NCBI GenBank assembly: GCA_043228905.1
Contig: JBHGNT010000014.1
Location: forward strand, 1,922,001-1,986,000
Source of the DNA: Azolla caroliniana
Taxonomy: Eukaryota; Plantae; Polypodiophyta
Reading direction: 5' to 3'
DNA: 64,000 nucleotides
Each line of letters begins with the position of its first letter. Within the stretch, counting starts at the first letter, position 1. The notes below the pieces were generated by a model. It made no database searches. It worked only from the letters and a program-made list of their open reading frames with translations, and was not told the DNA's origin. Position numbers and translations under genes: made by a program. Shown here one piece after another: positions 33,414 through 47,561 of this stretch.

Positions 33414-34722
33414 CAATCGACACCAGGTTCTTTATGATAGTCAAAATGTGTAGTACGTTCATCAGCTTCCCCTTTTGTCTGACATGGCTTAAAGGGACTT
33501 CTTCGACATGCACAATCAGGTGAGGTGTGTCCTCTCCGGTTTCGACAATCCCCGATTGTTCCAACTTCTCCAAAAAAGAGAACCACTCTTCATGGCTCGT
33601 CATGTGGTTGGACTCTTCAGAATCAACGTACCATACTTCCTCCAATTGGAAGTAGTCTTCTTCATCGAGTTAGCCTTGTGCTTCATCATGAAGGTCGTCC
33701 CTTTACCGGTCTTCCCGGTTTTGGATCCTTTTGATCCTTCCACATAGAGCGAGCTTTGCCGATTTTCCTAACCGGCTTTGCCGGATCCAGATTTGTTCGA
33801 ATCGGCACGCTTCTTCCAGCACTCGCTTTCCCTGTGGCCTTTCTTGACACAATACCAACATTCCGTGTCGGCCTTTCCTTGCCAGTTCCCGACGCCACTT
33901 TGACTCCCCCTGCTTATGGAGGGTCTGGAACTATTGTCAGCATTGTCTTTGTGTCTTCGGTCCTGCTCTTGCCGGCCGCCTCCATTGCGTGCCGACCCAC
34001 CTCGTCCTCCACATCCATGGTGCCGATCTGACTCCGTGTACAACATCCGGTTGTCAGATTGAGTGGTCCTCAACCTGCTCGCGTGGTTTTCTTCGACCAT
34101 CAACATTGATTATAAGTCGAAGAAGGACGGTGGCTTGATCGCTGTCTGGATTGGCCCGTACCTTTGCGCTAGACCACCGAGGTAGATTTGTACCATCTCA
34201 TCTTTGTCCACCGTCACGTTGATGGACTTCAGTGCGTCACAAATCTCCTTTATTTTGTTGGTGTAATCTGTAATCGACATGTCTCTTTGCCAGATGTTGT
34301 TGAGCTCTTGTTGGAGCTGCAACTTATGGGTTGTGGTGCTCGTGGCGAAAATCTTCCTCAAATTTCCCCAGGCCTCCTTCGGCGTTTTTGCATCCTTTAT
34401 GTAGTCGAGCATCTAGTCGTGCACCCAGGACACGAGGCAGTACAATACTTGGCTCGCTCTTTGCTCCCAAATGGGGAAGTCATTGTGTGCTGGCTACGAC
34501 GCTACCTCGTCCGTTCGTTCCACGAAGCTCCAATATCCATGCCCTAGCAGGTACTAGTGCATTTTATATGACTAGGACGCATAGTTGCTCCGGTCAAGCT
34601 TCTTTGTGGGAAGTGAACTCGTCATACCTTTGTCCATATCTTTCTCTGTCTGTCCTTACCGGGTATTAGGGTTTGTCTTCGAAAGCATCTGTTGGCTGTA
34701 GAGGTTCTCAACCCTAATACCA

Positions 34723-35169
34723 TGTGAATGTTAACGTGCGGAAGTGTTAGACAGAACCGGCTCAACCGAATAGCAACAGAGAATAAGATGAAGGTTTAAT
34801 GGAGAAGCTTAATACACAGAGAGAGTATATGCGGGAGAGACGGAGAGAGCAGAACGTAAACGTTGATTCAAAAATAATAAAAACACTCTGTACATAGAAT
34901 GTGCTCAAAGAGCGCTTTTATACAAGTCCATAAAGGACTAACAGAAGTAATGACAAGTACTTCAATATTCCTACGTGCGACTGACACTAACTACAAGACA
35001 ATGATTACCTAGTAGTCTAGGCTACTGCTAGGCTTCTGGTTCCCGCTTGAATCCGGCTCTCTGATCCGTCTCCCCGATCCGGCCGGTTGTTTCTGGATAC
35101 CATCTGGATATCGATCCGGCTCAAGCTTATTCAACTGATGTGGATCTCGTTAAGCTTGCTCACTCAACA
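34723..35169 (-). repeat. Additional 5' LTR with damaged PBS (ctaatacca)
   Basis: Family blocks present; terminus gctcactcaaca; followed on minus strand by its own leader and gag start. Confidence 0.88.
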
Positions 35170-35386
35170 ACTCGCCATACCTCTGTCCATATCTTTCTTT
35201 GACTGTCCTTACCAGGTATTAGGGTTTGTCTTTGAAAGCATATGTTGGCTGCAGAGGTTCACAATTGTCGCGCTCTGATACCATGTCAAAGTAAACGTGT
35301 GGAAGCGTTTGACAAACCGGCTCAGCCGAATAGCAACAGTAAAGAGAAGAAGGTTTAATGGAATCTTAACATAGAGAATAAGCATA

Positions 35387-35493
<107 letters not shown>

Positions 35494-36366
35494 AGAATGT
35501 AAAACTCTATTCAAAATAATACTCTCAATATTCTGTGTACATAGAATGTGCTCAGAGAGCACTTTTATACAAGTCCATAAAGGACTGACAGGTACTTCAA
35601 TGCTCATATGAGCGACTATCACTGACTCCCAAAAATATACCTACGTACTAGGCTAGATCCGTAGGCCTCGAACAACCTATTGGTTTCATTCCGATCCGGC
35701 TCTCGCTTATTCAACGGATCCGGATCCGGTTGATCTTGCTCGCTCAACACATGTCCGAGCAAGTATTGGTGCATCTTGTACGACCAAGATGCGAGTTGCT
35801 TATGTCAAGCTTCTCTGTTAGAAGCGAGCTAGCCATTCCTCTGTCCATTTCTCTTCTTGTTTGTTCTTATCAGGTGTTAGGTTTTGATTTGTGTCGTAAA
35901 CTCTTGTTGGCAGCGGAGGATGTTCTAACCCTCGCGCTCTGATACCATGAAAAAGTTAGGTGCGGATGCTTAGACACAACCGGCTTAGCCGGACAACAAT
36001 TGACAATATGCAGGTTTAATGGAAAGCTTCAAATGCACGAAGAGTATGCGGGAGAGACAGAGAGAGCAGAAAAAAAAACTCTATTTCAAAAAATAAACTC
36101 AATACTCTGTACATCGAATGTGCTCAGAGAGCACTTTTATACAAGTCCTTAAAAGGACTGGCACAAGTACCATCAGTACTTGAATGCTCCTAAATGAGCC
36201 CCTACACTAACTCCCAAATATATTCCTTCGCGGAATATCTTTCCAACGGCCTTCCGGCTCCCGGAATCTTCAGTCAATCCGGGCCTAACCGACCGGTCCA
36301 ATCCGATCCGATTCTTGGCTTGCTTCTTCAGCCGATCCAACCTAGGTTGAGCTTGCTCGCTCAACA

Positions 36367-36422
36367 ATCACCACCATCACCATCACCATCACCATCACCA
36401 TCACCATCACCATCACCATCAC

Positions 36423-36466
<44 letters not shown>

Positions 36467-36548
36467 ATAACACAATGACCATCGCCATCACTATCACCAT
36501 CACCAACACAATGACCATGACCATGACCATCGCCATCGCCATCATCGA
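36367..36548. repeat. Compound microsatellite (CACCAT)n-(CAT)n and degenerate hexamers
   Basis: Directly visible; abuts the LTR terminus. Confidence 0.95.
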
Positions 36549-37799
36549 CGCCATTGACTTCTTCTCTTCGATGGCGGTGATGGATTGATTGCCTCTCTTT
36601 CTTCTCCTCATTTTCATTTCATTTCATTTCCTTTCCTTTCCTTTTCTTTCCTTTCCTTTCATTTCTCTTTTGTGTCTAAAATTGCATTCACTCACTCATT
36701 GAGGACTGCTTTTTCCTCTTCTTCTTCTTCTTCTTCTTCTTCTCTGCACAAGGTATGGCTATGGCTCCCCTCACCTCTTTCTCAGAGTAATCTGGGGAAT
36801 AACAGTACACCCCTGTTTCTGCTTCTCTTTCTTTTGGGTTTTCCACGGTCAAACTTTCTGTGCCTCTGTTTCTTCTTTCTGCTGATTCGCGTGTTATTGT
36901 GTGTGTATGAGATAGTTTGACTTTCCTGTTTTCTGTGCGTCTTTCTCTCTAGATGTCTGTTTCCCAAAGAGTACTGTACTGTCTGTCTCTCTGCCTCTTT
37001 CTATTTCGTTGGTTAGCCTTTATTAATTCCTTCTGTTTATTTTCTCATTAATTTGATTTTTTTGGCAAGTTTGCTGCTCCGCAAGAAATAAAAGATCTGC
37101 TGTGATATTTTTTAACAATTCCCCTCTTTTTTGTTTTTGGGTTATCCACAGAATCTCTGTTTTGTTTTGTTTTCCACTCAAATATTATTCATGTTTCTGT
37201 TAAATAAATTAGTCATAACTGATGCCTCTATGATGTGGTCATTGGTTTTCCAAAATCTGAGTCATTTTATGTTAAGATTTTGCAACTACAACTCTTCTAC
37301 AGTGAAGAAGTGTCTGTGTGTTTACAGGAATTTGATGGTTTCACACCCAAAGAGGGAATTGTTTTCAAGCAAAGAGGAGCACTGAAGTCAGAGTATATGT
37401 ATATCATCTAATGTATACCAAATTTTTAGGATTTTGTTTGTGATTTAATTTTTTAACTTCATGTCAAGCTTGACAATTTTCATCTTAAAAACCATGTGGA
37501 AGTTTACAGTATTTTATTGACCAGGTTCATACCCAAGAGAGGATTAGTTCTGAATAGAGGAGCAACTTAACTGAAGATATATTCTTTGTAAACACGTATG
37601 GTGATTGATTTTGAAATATAGTGCATATTATGTTTGAAATTGGCCAACATTTCATCATGGAAATTGTGTATTTTCTTTTACAGGAATTCAGTGGATTGAT
37701 ACTGAAGAGAGGAATAATTTTAAGTAGGGAAAGGAGAACTAAAGACAGATTATATATCCTTGTTTCTGTTTTTCTATATGTCACTCTTTGGACACAATC

Positions 37800-40700
37800 A
37801 TGTACAACATAGTATCTGGAATGGGGAGGATGACTCTCAACCCTAATGCAACAGAATTTGTTCCATCCGGTGTAAAGTTATCCACAGCAAATGTGGAATC
37901 TTCAGGAAGTGATCGAGAGAGCAGTACACAGGCATTAAATCGGACTGATTCGGCCAACTCAGGGGCCTCTGATGACGAGTTCCGACAATATTGGCGTAAC
38001 CAGCTCCCTGATGACATCATCCCGGACTTTGGGATGATGTCCCACACCGGTGATGACAGGTCTGATGATACCATGTGTTTGTTTTGATAAAAAACTGTAA
38101 TTGAAGAATTCAATTCGATCAATCTGCGAGGCTACACTGCAACTTGTAATAGGGTTTTCACCCAATCGGCAAATCTTGTGCTTCATAATCTTTTGATTGT
38201 GGTGCTACTCCACAATGGTTGAATCCCTGGTAGAACACTTAATGATCTTTCCTCGTTGATGGTACGTTGAGTAGGAGAATCCTTATGTGATCATGCAACA
38301 CGAGGAATTTTCTCGGTGATCATAGATTGATGTCTAGGTTGATTTGACAGTCAATTTCTGGAAGGTAGGTGCTACCCTTTTAGGTATTCAATTGTGAGGT
38401 TCTTATACATATCTATGTCTATATATATATATACACACACACACATGCAAGCAGTGTATTTCAACCTGAACAAGCCGAAAGGCTGCGCTTGCCACTTGCT
38501 AGATATATTTCAATTTGAGCAAGACTTAAGTTTACTCCTTTCATATACAATATATATTTTGATTTGAGCAAATTGTAAGGATGCCCTTGCTACCTACAAT
38601 ATATATTTGGAGCAAGCTGTTAGGCTATCTAATTGAATTAAAATGAGCAAGTCGCAAGGCTGGTTTTGCCACTTCTAATGTAAAGCAATGTGTGCAAGCC
38701 ACAAGGTTTCTCTGCAACTTACAAAATTTTAATTTGACCAAGCTGCAAGGCTACCCTGGCCTAAATCCATCACATATCGCAAAGAATAATTTGTTTTTCT
38801 TTAATGGATTCAGGTCTTCTTGGGAGAATGGCTATGCAGAAGAAAACATGTCCACGACCTATTTTAGCGAGGAGCTGGTAGATAGGGCCTCAAGGGTAGA
38901 AGCAGAGGAGGCCAAGGATCCCCTGCAGCTTCTTGAACAAGAGTTTCCTGGTTTTGCTGTTGAAAGCCTGGCAGACATTTTACGAGCAAATGGCGGTGAT
39001 CTAAGCCTTACGATTGAGATGCTGATTCAGCTAGAGGTCGGGGCATTCTTTTATGCTTAAATCTCCCTGCTTATCCTTTCTTTTCACTTTGTGGACTTAA
39101 AGGGGGAGTATATGTATATGCCTTTTTCTTTCTATATCCTTCTTGCATCATGTGCACACAAGGACGTGTTGGTTATGCTTCTTTCTTGTGTCTTAAAATG
39201 GGGCATTCTGTTGGAATGTCTTGCATATGTTTTTTTTTGTGTTATTGTAAATGACAGGCTGATCCCTCATCACCTGTTCTTGTGCTGTATATGTTCTTTA
39301 AAGGCCAAATGCTCATGGGTACATATCACATACAAATAGTAACTTCAAATAATGGCATTGCCCCCCAACTCAATGGCTATATCTGAAATTTCCCTAAACA
39401 AAACTCCAAAAGAATGTTGCACAAGCAAACATACTGTACGACATGGGTATTATCACATTCTAGGGTTTTTACTTTCTTGCAGATCCAAGATGACGCTGTG
39501 CCAATCCGACAGTCAACTTCGCATACGCGGATCCCAAACCTAACTGAGATGGATTTCCCAGCTCTGTCTGGACCTGAGTTTCCAGATGGTAGATATGCTT
39601 CGGAGGAGGATATCAATGGACAGCAACGTTTGCAGAGGGTGTCCCAACGCACAGTTGGTGTGGAAGACTTCTTTACAAGTATGCCTTATAGCTCTGGAGG
39701 TGGTGGTGGCTTTAGGGCCCCTGCTATTGACTTTGCGGGTGCAGTCAGAAAGAACATCAATGCTAATGAAGTTCCACAGTGGCAAAGCGATAGGAATGGG
39801 CGTGTAGAACCGCTGCCGTTGTCTTCTGATAATTTTGGGATAAAGATTGGTGCCTTCTCAAGCTCTAGGCAACCAGCTCCTGTCTGGCTTGAGACAGGGG
39901 AGGCTGTTTGTAAGTTTTAACTATTTGTCACAGATTTTTCTTTACTTCAATTCTTGAGTGATAAAATTTTGGATGTTTTTGAACATTTTATGCAGCCAGT
40001 ATGTATGAGGAGCTGCGAGAAGAGGCTCGGGATCATGCAAGAGTTCGTAATGCGTATTTTGAGCAGGTGTCTATTTGTTTTCTTCTTTTTGCAGCTTAAA
40101 AGAAAGATTTTGAGTAGATCTATTGTGAGATGATTTTATTCTCAACTCTCTTCATGATTTGCATTGTTAGGCAAGGCAAGCCTATCTTTCTGGAAACAAA
40201 GCTCTCGCAAAGGAGTTGAGTATGAAAGGACAGCATCACAATGTATTAATGAAAGAAGCTCACAATCGGGCTGGAGAAGCAATATTTCAACAGAGGCAAG
40301 TATTTGATTTGTTTTTTTTGCTGAGGGCCTTGACTCACTACAAATGTTTAACAGGTTATGTTGAATTTCTAAAATATATTAAAGAAAATAAAGAAAAACT
40401 TGGGTATTTCAGAGTTTTCCTTACATATGCATATTAACATCATAATTTTTTCTACACCAATTTAGCATTTTTCTTGTATCTCTGAATTGACAAAATTTCC
40501 ACAAAATTGAAATTTCATGACTGTTAAATCGTATTTTTAAACCATTTTACTCTTTTATATACGAAAAGTCATGGTATGAGAGACAATAATTCAAAGTTAT
40601 TTTTAGTATTTCTTTCATAATATTGTTAAATGTTAGCATGATGTGGCTCTTAAATTGGGTCTAGCGAACATCTGAATAAAACTGGAATTCTGAAATCTTT

Positions 40701-41376
40701 GGACTTATCTAAACAGTTAAAGAATCAGAAAAACCAGACTCTTGTGGAATTCACATGCATAAAAACCAGTGCATAGTTCAAAAATGAATCTCAACACATG
40801 GCTATGTTGATTTATTAAAAACCAAGGTTTTCATGGGTCTTGAAAAACAAGTATAGTAGATTGTTTGTCTTTTGGCATAGATACAAGATTTCCAACGTGA
40901 ATAAGACCTATTAGAGTAGATGAAATGCATGATTTATTTGGAGTTTCCTGTGCTATTATGAATGCGAGAAAAAATACGTATTACCTAATGTAACCCTATG
41001 CCTAAGGTTGTCATTTTTCTGGGATTCCTAGTGCTATTTTACTGTGCGAGCATTTATTGTCTTTTCTGTCATGATTAGGAATGGGATTGCTAGTTCTTCC
41101 ACTTCTCTGGGAAACCATCGGATGCTCGATTTGCATGGATTGCACGTGAATGAGGCGATCCCACTTTTGAAGCGACAACTGGCATCACTTAGGGTGGCGG
41201 CCCGAGCTAGTCAGCAACGACAGCAAGTGTTGATTTGTGTTGGGACGGGGCATCACACCAAAGGCTCAAGGACTCCGGCTCGCCTTCCTATTGCGGTGGA
41301 GAAATTCCTTGTTGAAGATGAACGTCTCCCTTTCACTGAACAACAACCTGGTATGCTTCGGGTTATTGTCAGTTAA
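37800..41376 (+). CDS. CID7: Polyadenylate-binding protein-interacting protein 7-like (PAM2, CUE, DUF1771, Smr); exons 37800-38059, 38814-39036, 39483-39909, 39996-40066, 40171-40295, 41079-41376
   Basis: PAM2 LNPNATEFVP; DDEFRQYWRNQLPDDI; CUE EFPGFAVESLADIL; DFPAL; WLETGEAV; REEARDHARVRNAYFEQARQAY; Smr LDLHGLHV...VGTGHH; splice phases are consistent. Confidence 0.92.
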
Positions 41377-44300
41377 AGTCGATGATCGATTGTCTTGCAC
41401 ATCTTGTTGAATACGAGTTCCCTTGCGACTGGAGAATCTGGTAGGGTTAGGGGCCCCGATAAGCAAGCCTTCCTTCGAGAAACAACGTCGTAAGGGTTCG
41501 ATCTTCCGCTTGACATTGCACTTGTGTTAAATATGTACAACAAAATGTTCATGATGTTTCTCATTTTTTGTTTATTTTATTTCAATGGTAGGGCATGGTA
41601 TATGCTGTTTTACAAGTGGTGTATATTAATGCTTTATAATTGGTTCCCATGCACAATAATGGGTGGCAAGGATTTAGGGTGAAGTATAGTGTTAGGAGTT
41701 CAGGGTTTCTACAGTCTAGGGTTAAAGTGACACTCTTTATAGTATTTTAGAAGCTTTGTGTTCCCTAGAGATTATAGACTATCCAGAAACTCTCTCGTCT
41801 ATGTTGGCGAGGAATGTGTGAAAAGGAGTTGCATGTGCCTGAACTGCTGAAGTAATGTTAGCGATGTGTCCTGCTGTAGTTTGATAGTGGAATGGAGTGC
41901 AAACTCTTTTATGTTCAAAGTGTGAACTTATAAAAGGATTTGGATGGTGCTTGAACTGAGGAGATTTCAACTTTAGGGTTTAGGGTTTGAGTGCCACTTT
42001 TATGCATAGGTAGAGCTCAAATTTGAGATATCCGATCAACTTGCGTTTATTGGTTGATGGAATTGAGATGAAGAATGAACGAGTTATTTTTGTCTTTAAA
42101 TGGGTTTCAGGTGTACAAAGAAAAGCATGGAGATAAACAGCATGTTTTGTATTCACATACTCATTTACCTTCATGCTGATGGTCATCTTGTTGGAAATGG
42201 AAAAATGAGTTTCTCTCTCAAACATCAAGTTCTATTAATCAACACACCATAGAATTCACGTGAAAATTGTCACTTTTGTTGGTTGGCTGTGGCTCTAAAG
42301 GATGATCATAAAATCTATGAAATTTTCTCTGTATGGAGTACTGTTTTAAAACACCATCAAAGAGATGAATTCAACAAAATGCTTCCAAAAGTTAAGATCT
42401 TTGCGTAGGTTGCATGTCTTGATATGTTGTAGCACGAGATGACAAGTACTTGATAACCATCTAGAAGATTGTAAAGGTGAAGTTTTGTAGCAAAATACCT
42501 TTCAAGCAGTGGATGTGATGCACAATACCATGTGGGGCATACAAAATTACACATGCGTTGGCTAGTTTTGACATAAACCCTAATGACGTACGGCAAATTA
42601 GTATGTTGACAAATTATCGAGTTTCTCACCTTGAACAAATACTTGTAGCAAGGAGTTCCTTTTAAAAAGCAATACCCATGCATTGCACATAATTACAAGG
42701 CGCTTGAAACGATAAAAAGCTTGGCATACCTTGGCCTTGAGCTTCTCTCTACTCAGAGTTTAGATATTGGGTGTCAAGCAATTCTTGTTCTCTCCTTTAT
42801 TGGTTGAAGTATATTGTGTAGCACTACATCTAACATCTCCACAACCATTCCCATGCTTGTGATCTTGGTGGGAAGTATTAGCTTCCTAGTATTGCATAGG
42901 AAGCAAGTAAAAATCTTTGCATGGATGCAAGCTATGCATGAATGGATTGGAAGATAAGAGATGCATTATACTTTGCAACGTAACCATATAATAATGCTAA
43001 ATATCTGGAGATTTGGAGACTTGAGATTCACACATCAGATTAAACATGTTGCATCAAACTATAAAACTGTCTCTTTCTTTGAACAAGAATGGCACTCATA
43101 TGTCATTGGAACATCAACGACGAAAATCATGGAATTTTCATGTTTGCCTTGAACAAGTTTGATAGACTAAGAATCACTTTACTAGAAATCTTGACCTTTC
43201 TTTGGCCACTTGAAGCTTCCTTTCCCCACATTTTAAACCTTGACATATGCATACATGCATTGCAAAACGAATGCATTTGTTTAGTTCATGTTGATTATTT
43301 CAAAGTCTTCAAATAGATTGATAAAACTTGATATATTTCTTTGAACTATGCCTTCTGACGCCTAATATATTGCATTCTATGAAATCAATGGGATGTGACG
43401 GTCATAAAAACTAGTTTCACTCCAACTTTAATATGATACAAGTTGCGGAAGGGTAAACTTCAAAACTCACTTGATCATGTTTTGTAATTTTTAAATGTCC
43501 ATATAGATTCAAACTATTAAACCTAATGGGTGTTTTCTTGAAAATTACACACAATCGTAAACATAACATTGTTTGAAAAAAGGCATAAAAATAGGACACC
43601 TAGAGGAACCAATTTAATGGGGATGTTTTAACTAAATGAGGAGTTGCATGCTTGATCTGCCTATTACCTTTTTGTAATGTCATGGTTTTTTGCGACAATT
43701 GGCAAAGCACACATAAAATTGATTCGAAAATTACTATTGAAATTTGGACACATTGAAAGACATGAAAGCGAATTAGATGATGTTTTATAGTGACACTCAA
43801 CACCATACTATGTAAAATAGGAATAAATGTGCAAGTTGTGGACTTAGACCTGAAATCGACGTAATTTGACAATGTAAAGTAGTGCTCATCCTCAACAAGC
43901 TTGGTTCCTATCCTCGAAAAGATGGAAAAGGTGTTGCAAGTGACTCAAATAATCTATATGAACCTATAAATGCATTAAAAAAGTGTTGCAAGCGACATTT
44001 GTTTTCATTGGGATCCATAACTTAATGCATTCAATGTCCACTTCAACACCCTAGTTCATACAATAGAATGTACGAAATCTCAATATATTGTGTTAGTGTG
44101 TTCACAAACCTAGGGGTAGCTAGCACTCATGTTCAATACTACTTTATTTTGCCCAAAAAGAATATTTATGAATACTTTATTGGTTAGACTATAAGCATCA
44201 CAAGCCGAAGTTTAAAACACTCTCCTATTGAGTCGTCACTCTTCTTTTCCTCAATTAACTAAGGTGCACAACTTTGAAACGTTTTAACCTTTTCTTTTTA

Positions 44301-45544
44301 CTATCTATTTAACAAATAGTAAAAGATGAGCCTTTAAGAATGTGGGTGTGTTGTCTTACAACACATTAGACCATGTTTAGAAGATTTCGAGAAAGATCAC
44401 ACACACACACACACAAATATATAATACATTTCAAGGGGACAACTATTTCAAAGTCCTTTAAAGAATAATGTTTCTGATAGATTATTTTTATGTTAGAAAT
44501 ACCTGCCATACGATCCTCGTATAAACTAATTATGGCCAATCAATTAGCTATAGTAAACTATATTTGATGAAATTGTAAAAAGACACCCTAACATTAACCT
44601 ATGGTTTAGAATTGTAAAAAGAATACATTTTAAAGTCATCGTTAGAACCGATTGAGACATTTGTTTTTTCGCTCTACTTGTATTCGATGAAATTGTAAAA
44701 AGAGTATACATTAAAGACATCATTAGAGCCAATCATTACTTATTTGAAATCTATGGCTCGAATGTCATAAAGGCAAAAACATGGTTTTTCTATGGTTCCA
44801 ACGTTGATGTAGACAAAAATCTTAAGTTGACAAACTATGTTTCATTATTTTTATCTCATATCAATATGACACCCAACTCTTATGCTTTGCTTCTCTACAT
44901 CTACCAGATGGACATTGGCATTCTTCATTATGGTGTAAGAAAATCATATGTTTATTAATTGGGCATCTCGTATCGATATTGACGACGCATGTTGATATGC
45001 ATTATGTTAACAATGATGATATTCCTTGATTTTCTTTGCTCTCACAATTTCTCTTGGAAAATCCATTACAACTTCATTTTACATGTAGATATAGAAAATT
45101 CTTGCAGTATTCCAAGTTGCATAAAACATCATTTGCTATCGAAACTTTATGCTAGAAAAGAGAACACTTCCTTAGCGAAAATTTACCTTTCGCTCTTCCT
45201 CTATAACTACCTCCCAAATCTTTTTGTATAGACCTCATGTATGTCTAGTATGAACAAATCCTCTTATACATATCTCTTGTATACCTTGAGAACAACCACA
45301 CTTTCGAGGGTCTTTAATGGTATAACAAAGACCAATATTACTAATTCACATGCATACTGTATATTGGGAAATTTCCGAAGATAGCCTTTGGTTACTTGAA
45401 ATATGAAGTGTCATACCCCTTGCACATTTCAAGGATACTACTAACGTGACATGTCATATCCTATTGATAATTAAACATGAGTTGACTTAATTCAAAAAAT
45501 TCCATTAGGTTCACACATGATTAATCATGCATAATTAATCAAAA

Positions 45545-46460
45545 TAAGCATATGGATGAAGAAAGACAAGCAATCATCAATGCTACTTTATTGCATGCGA
45601 CACAAATTAATATGTATCACATGCACTCAATTAAAAGAAGAAGCATGACACAATAAAACAAATAAACAGAAAATAGTTCGACGAAAATACATGAAGACTT
45701 AAACAAGATATGAGATTGCAAGAGAAGGATATGCGCAAAAAAAAAGCTTCTTAATCAAAACAAGCATGTGGATGAAGAAAGACAAGCAATCATCAATGCT
45801 AGTTTATTGCATGCGACACAAATTAATATGTATCACATGCACTCAATTAAAAGAAGCATGACACAATAAAACAAATAAACAGAAAATAGTTTGACGAAAT
45901 AAGTCAAGGCTTAAACAAGATATGATAATTGCAAGAGAAGGATATGCGCAAAAAAAATGCCTTAGAAGAAATATAGCTATCCTGAATTCATATAGTTTAT
46001 GTGGTAGGGCCTAAAGAACCTTGTAACTACAAAATAGAGGGTGACGGGAATCCATGCTCGTATGACAATTTGTAACAAGTGACGGATATGCGCGAAAAAA
46101 TGCCTTAGAAGAAATATGGGTATCATGAATTAATATAATTTGTCATATGAAGATATGGTAGGGCCTAGAGTACCTTGTAACTACAAAATATAGGGCGAAG
46201 GGAGTTCAAGTTCATATGAAAGTCATAAGAAGCCTAAAGTACCTTGTATCTACAAAATAGAGGGTGCAAGGAAATCCATGCTCCTATAACAATTTGTAAC
46301 AAATGAAGGATATGCGTGAAAATATGCCTTAGAAGAGATATGGGTATCTTGAATTCATATAGTTTGTGGTATGAAGTAGTATTGAAAAATGGTAGGGCCT
46401 AGACTACCTTGTAACTACAAAATAGAGGGTGAAGGGGGTTCATGTTCATATGAAAGTCAT
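45545..46460. repeat. Nested tandem duplications (~215-bp pair, then ~120-240-bp units)
   Basis: aagcat.tggatgaagaaagacaagcaatc twice; ggatatgcgc..aaaatgccttagaag and ccttgtaactacaaaata four to five times each. Confidence 0.85.
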
Positions 46461-47561
46461 GACAAGCAAACTCAAAGTTATAATACGTAAGAAATGTCGG
46501 GGGCAATATTCTCATGTGTCAAATTTTCTTTGGTGCATGCGTCGTCACTATACCCACACATCACAATCACACTTTCAAGCTTACACTTTCATGTGATTAA
46601 ATGACTCAAAATCACCGAGATAATCAGCACCATAAGCAAAGAAGCAGTCACCAGAGAGAGATGTCCATGAATCGTGGCAAGATATGTGCTTTTTTTGTAG
46701 GGAGACTATAATGGCCATGGTCCTATCATGACAATACCTCGTCCACGAACCACACATTGTGCTTCTTGTTATTGTAAATAATTTGTGGTCATATAATTGA
46801 AATATCCATATCATCTATATGGCAGATCTATCTGTCATAAAAATGCATGTTGCTAGAGCTAAAAGATCTTTCTGGTAGTTAAAAGTGTCTGAAAAACCAC
46901 CATCCACATTACCATTCTTGTTAGGTGCCTAATGTTAATTCTGATACAACTCAAATACTAGGTCCACAAACTCAATGGAGAAAGCGTATGAATAAATTAT
47001 TATACAAAGGTATATATACATGCATTCAGTCCATAGGGAGATACATTGTGATCATGTTCACTCTCAAGAAATCTCGAAATTGCATTGTCTTTCTACGATC
47101 TGACACATCTCGTAATCTCCAAAGCAACAAGAAGAAGACGCCTTGGATATTGGCAAAATCTGTATCGGAGAGTTTTCTTGCATATCATCATTCTTTCACT
47201 TCCAGCTCTCAATGTAACATAGAAACTCACTCCATGTTAACATTCGCAATTAACAGCTCTACGATATCCACGAGGTTACATTTTAGTTCCTGCATCTTTC
47301 ATCGTCTTTTATGACTTTTTAGCTTCTGGTTTTCATGACTGAGGTTACATTTTAGTTCCCGCATCTTTCATCGTCTTTTATGACTTTTTATCTTCTGGTT
47401 TTCATGACTTCATGACGTTTTATCGTCTGGTTTTCATGACTCCATGACCTTTTATCTTCTTGTTGACTATGTATGTGTTAATTCTCAAGTCTACATGCAA
47501 CCTCCATTTTCCATCACCTTTTCTATTGATCAATATCTTCATCATGACCATCTAACCTTAA

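Noticed and set aside
36194-36617. Poly-Met/Val and Ser-Pro ORFs
   Set aside because: Translations of (CAT)n/(CACCAT)n microsatellites.
41670-41990. TTTAGGG telomere-like motifs (also near 57120-57250 and 59697-59714)
   Set aside because: At most two or three consecutive units; typical telo-box or transposon-associated motifs, not an interstitial telomere.
42050-43900. Possible hAT transposase relic on the minus strand (CAMH- and PETH-like motifs)
   Set aside because: Too degenerate to support by eye; needs a frameshift-aware profile search.
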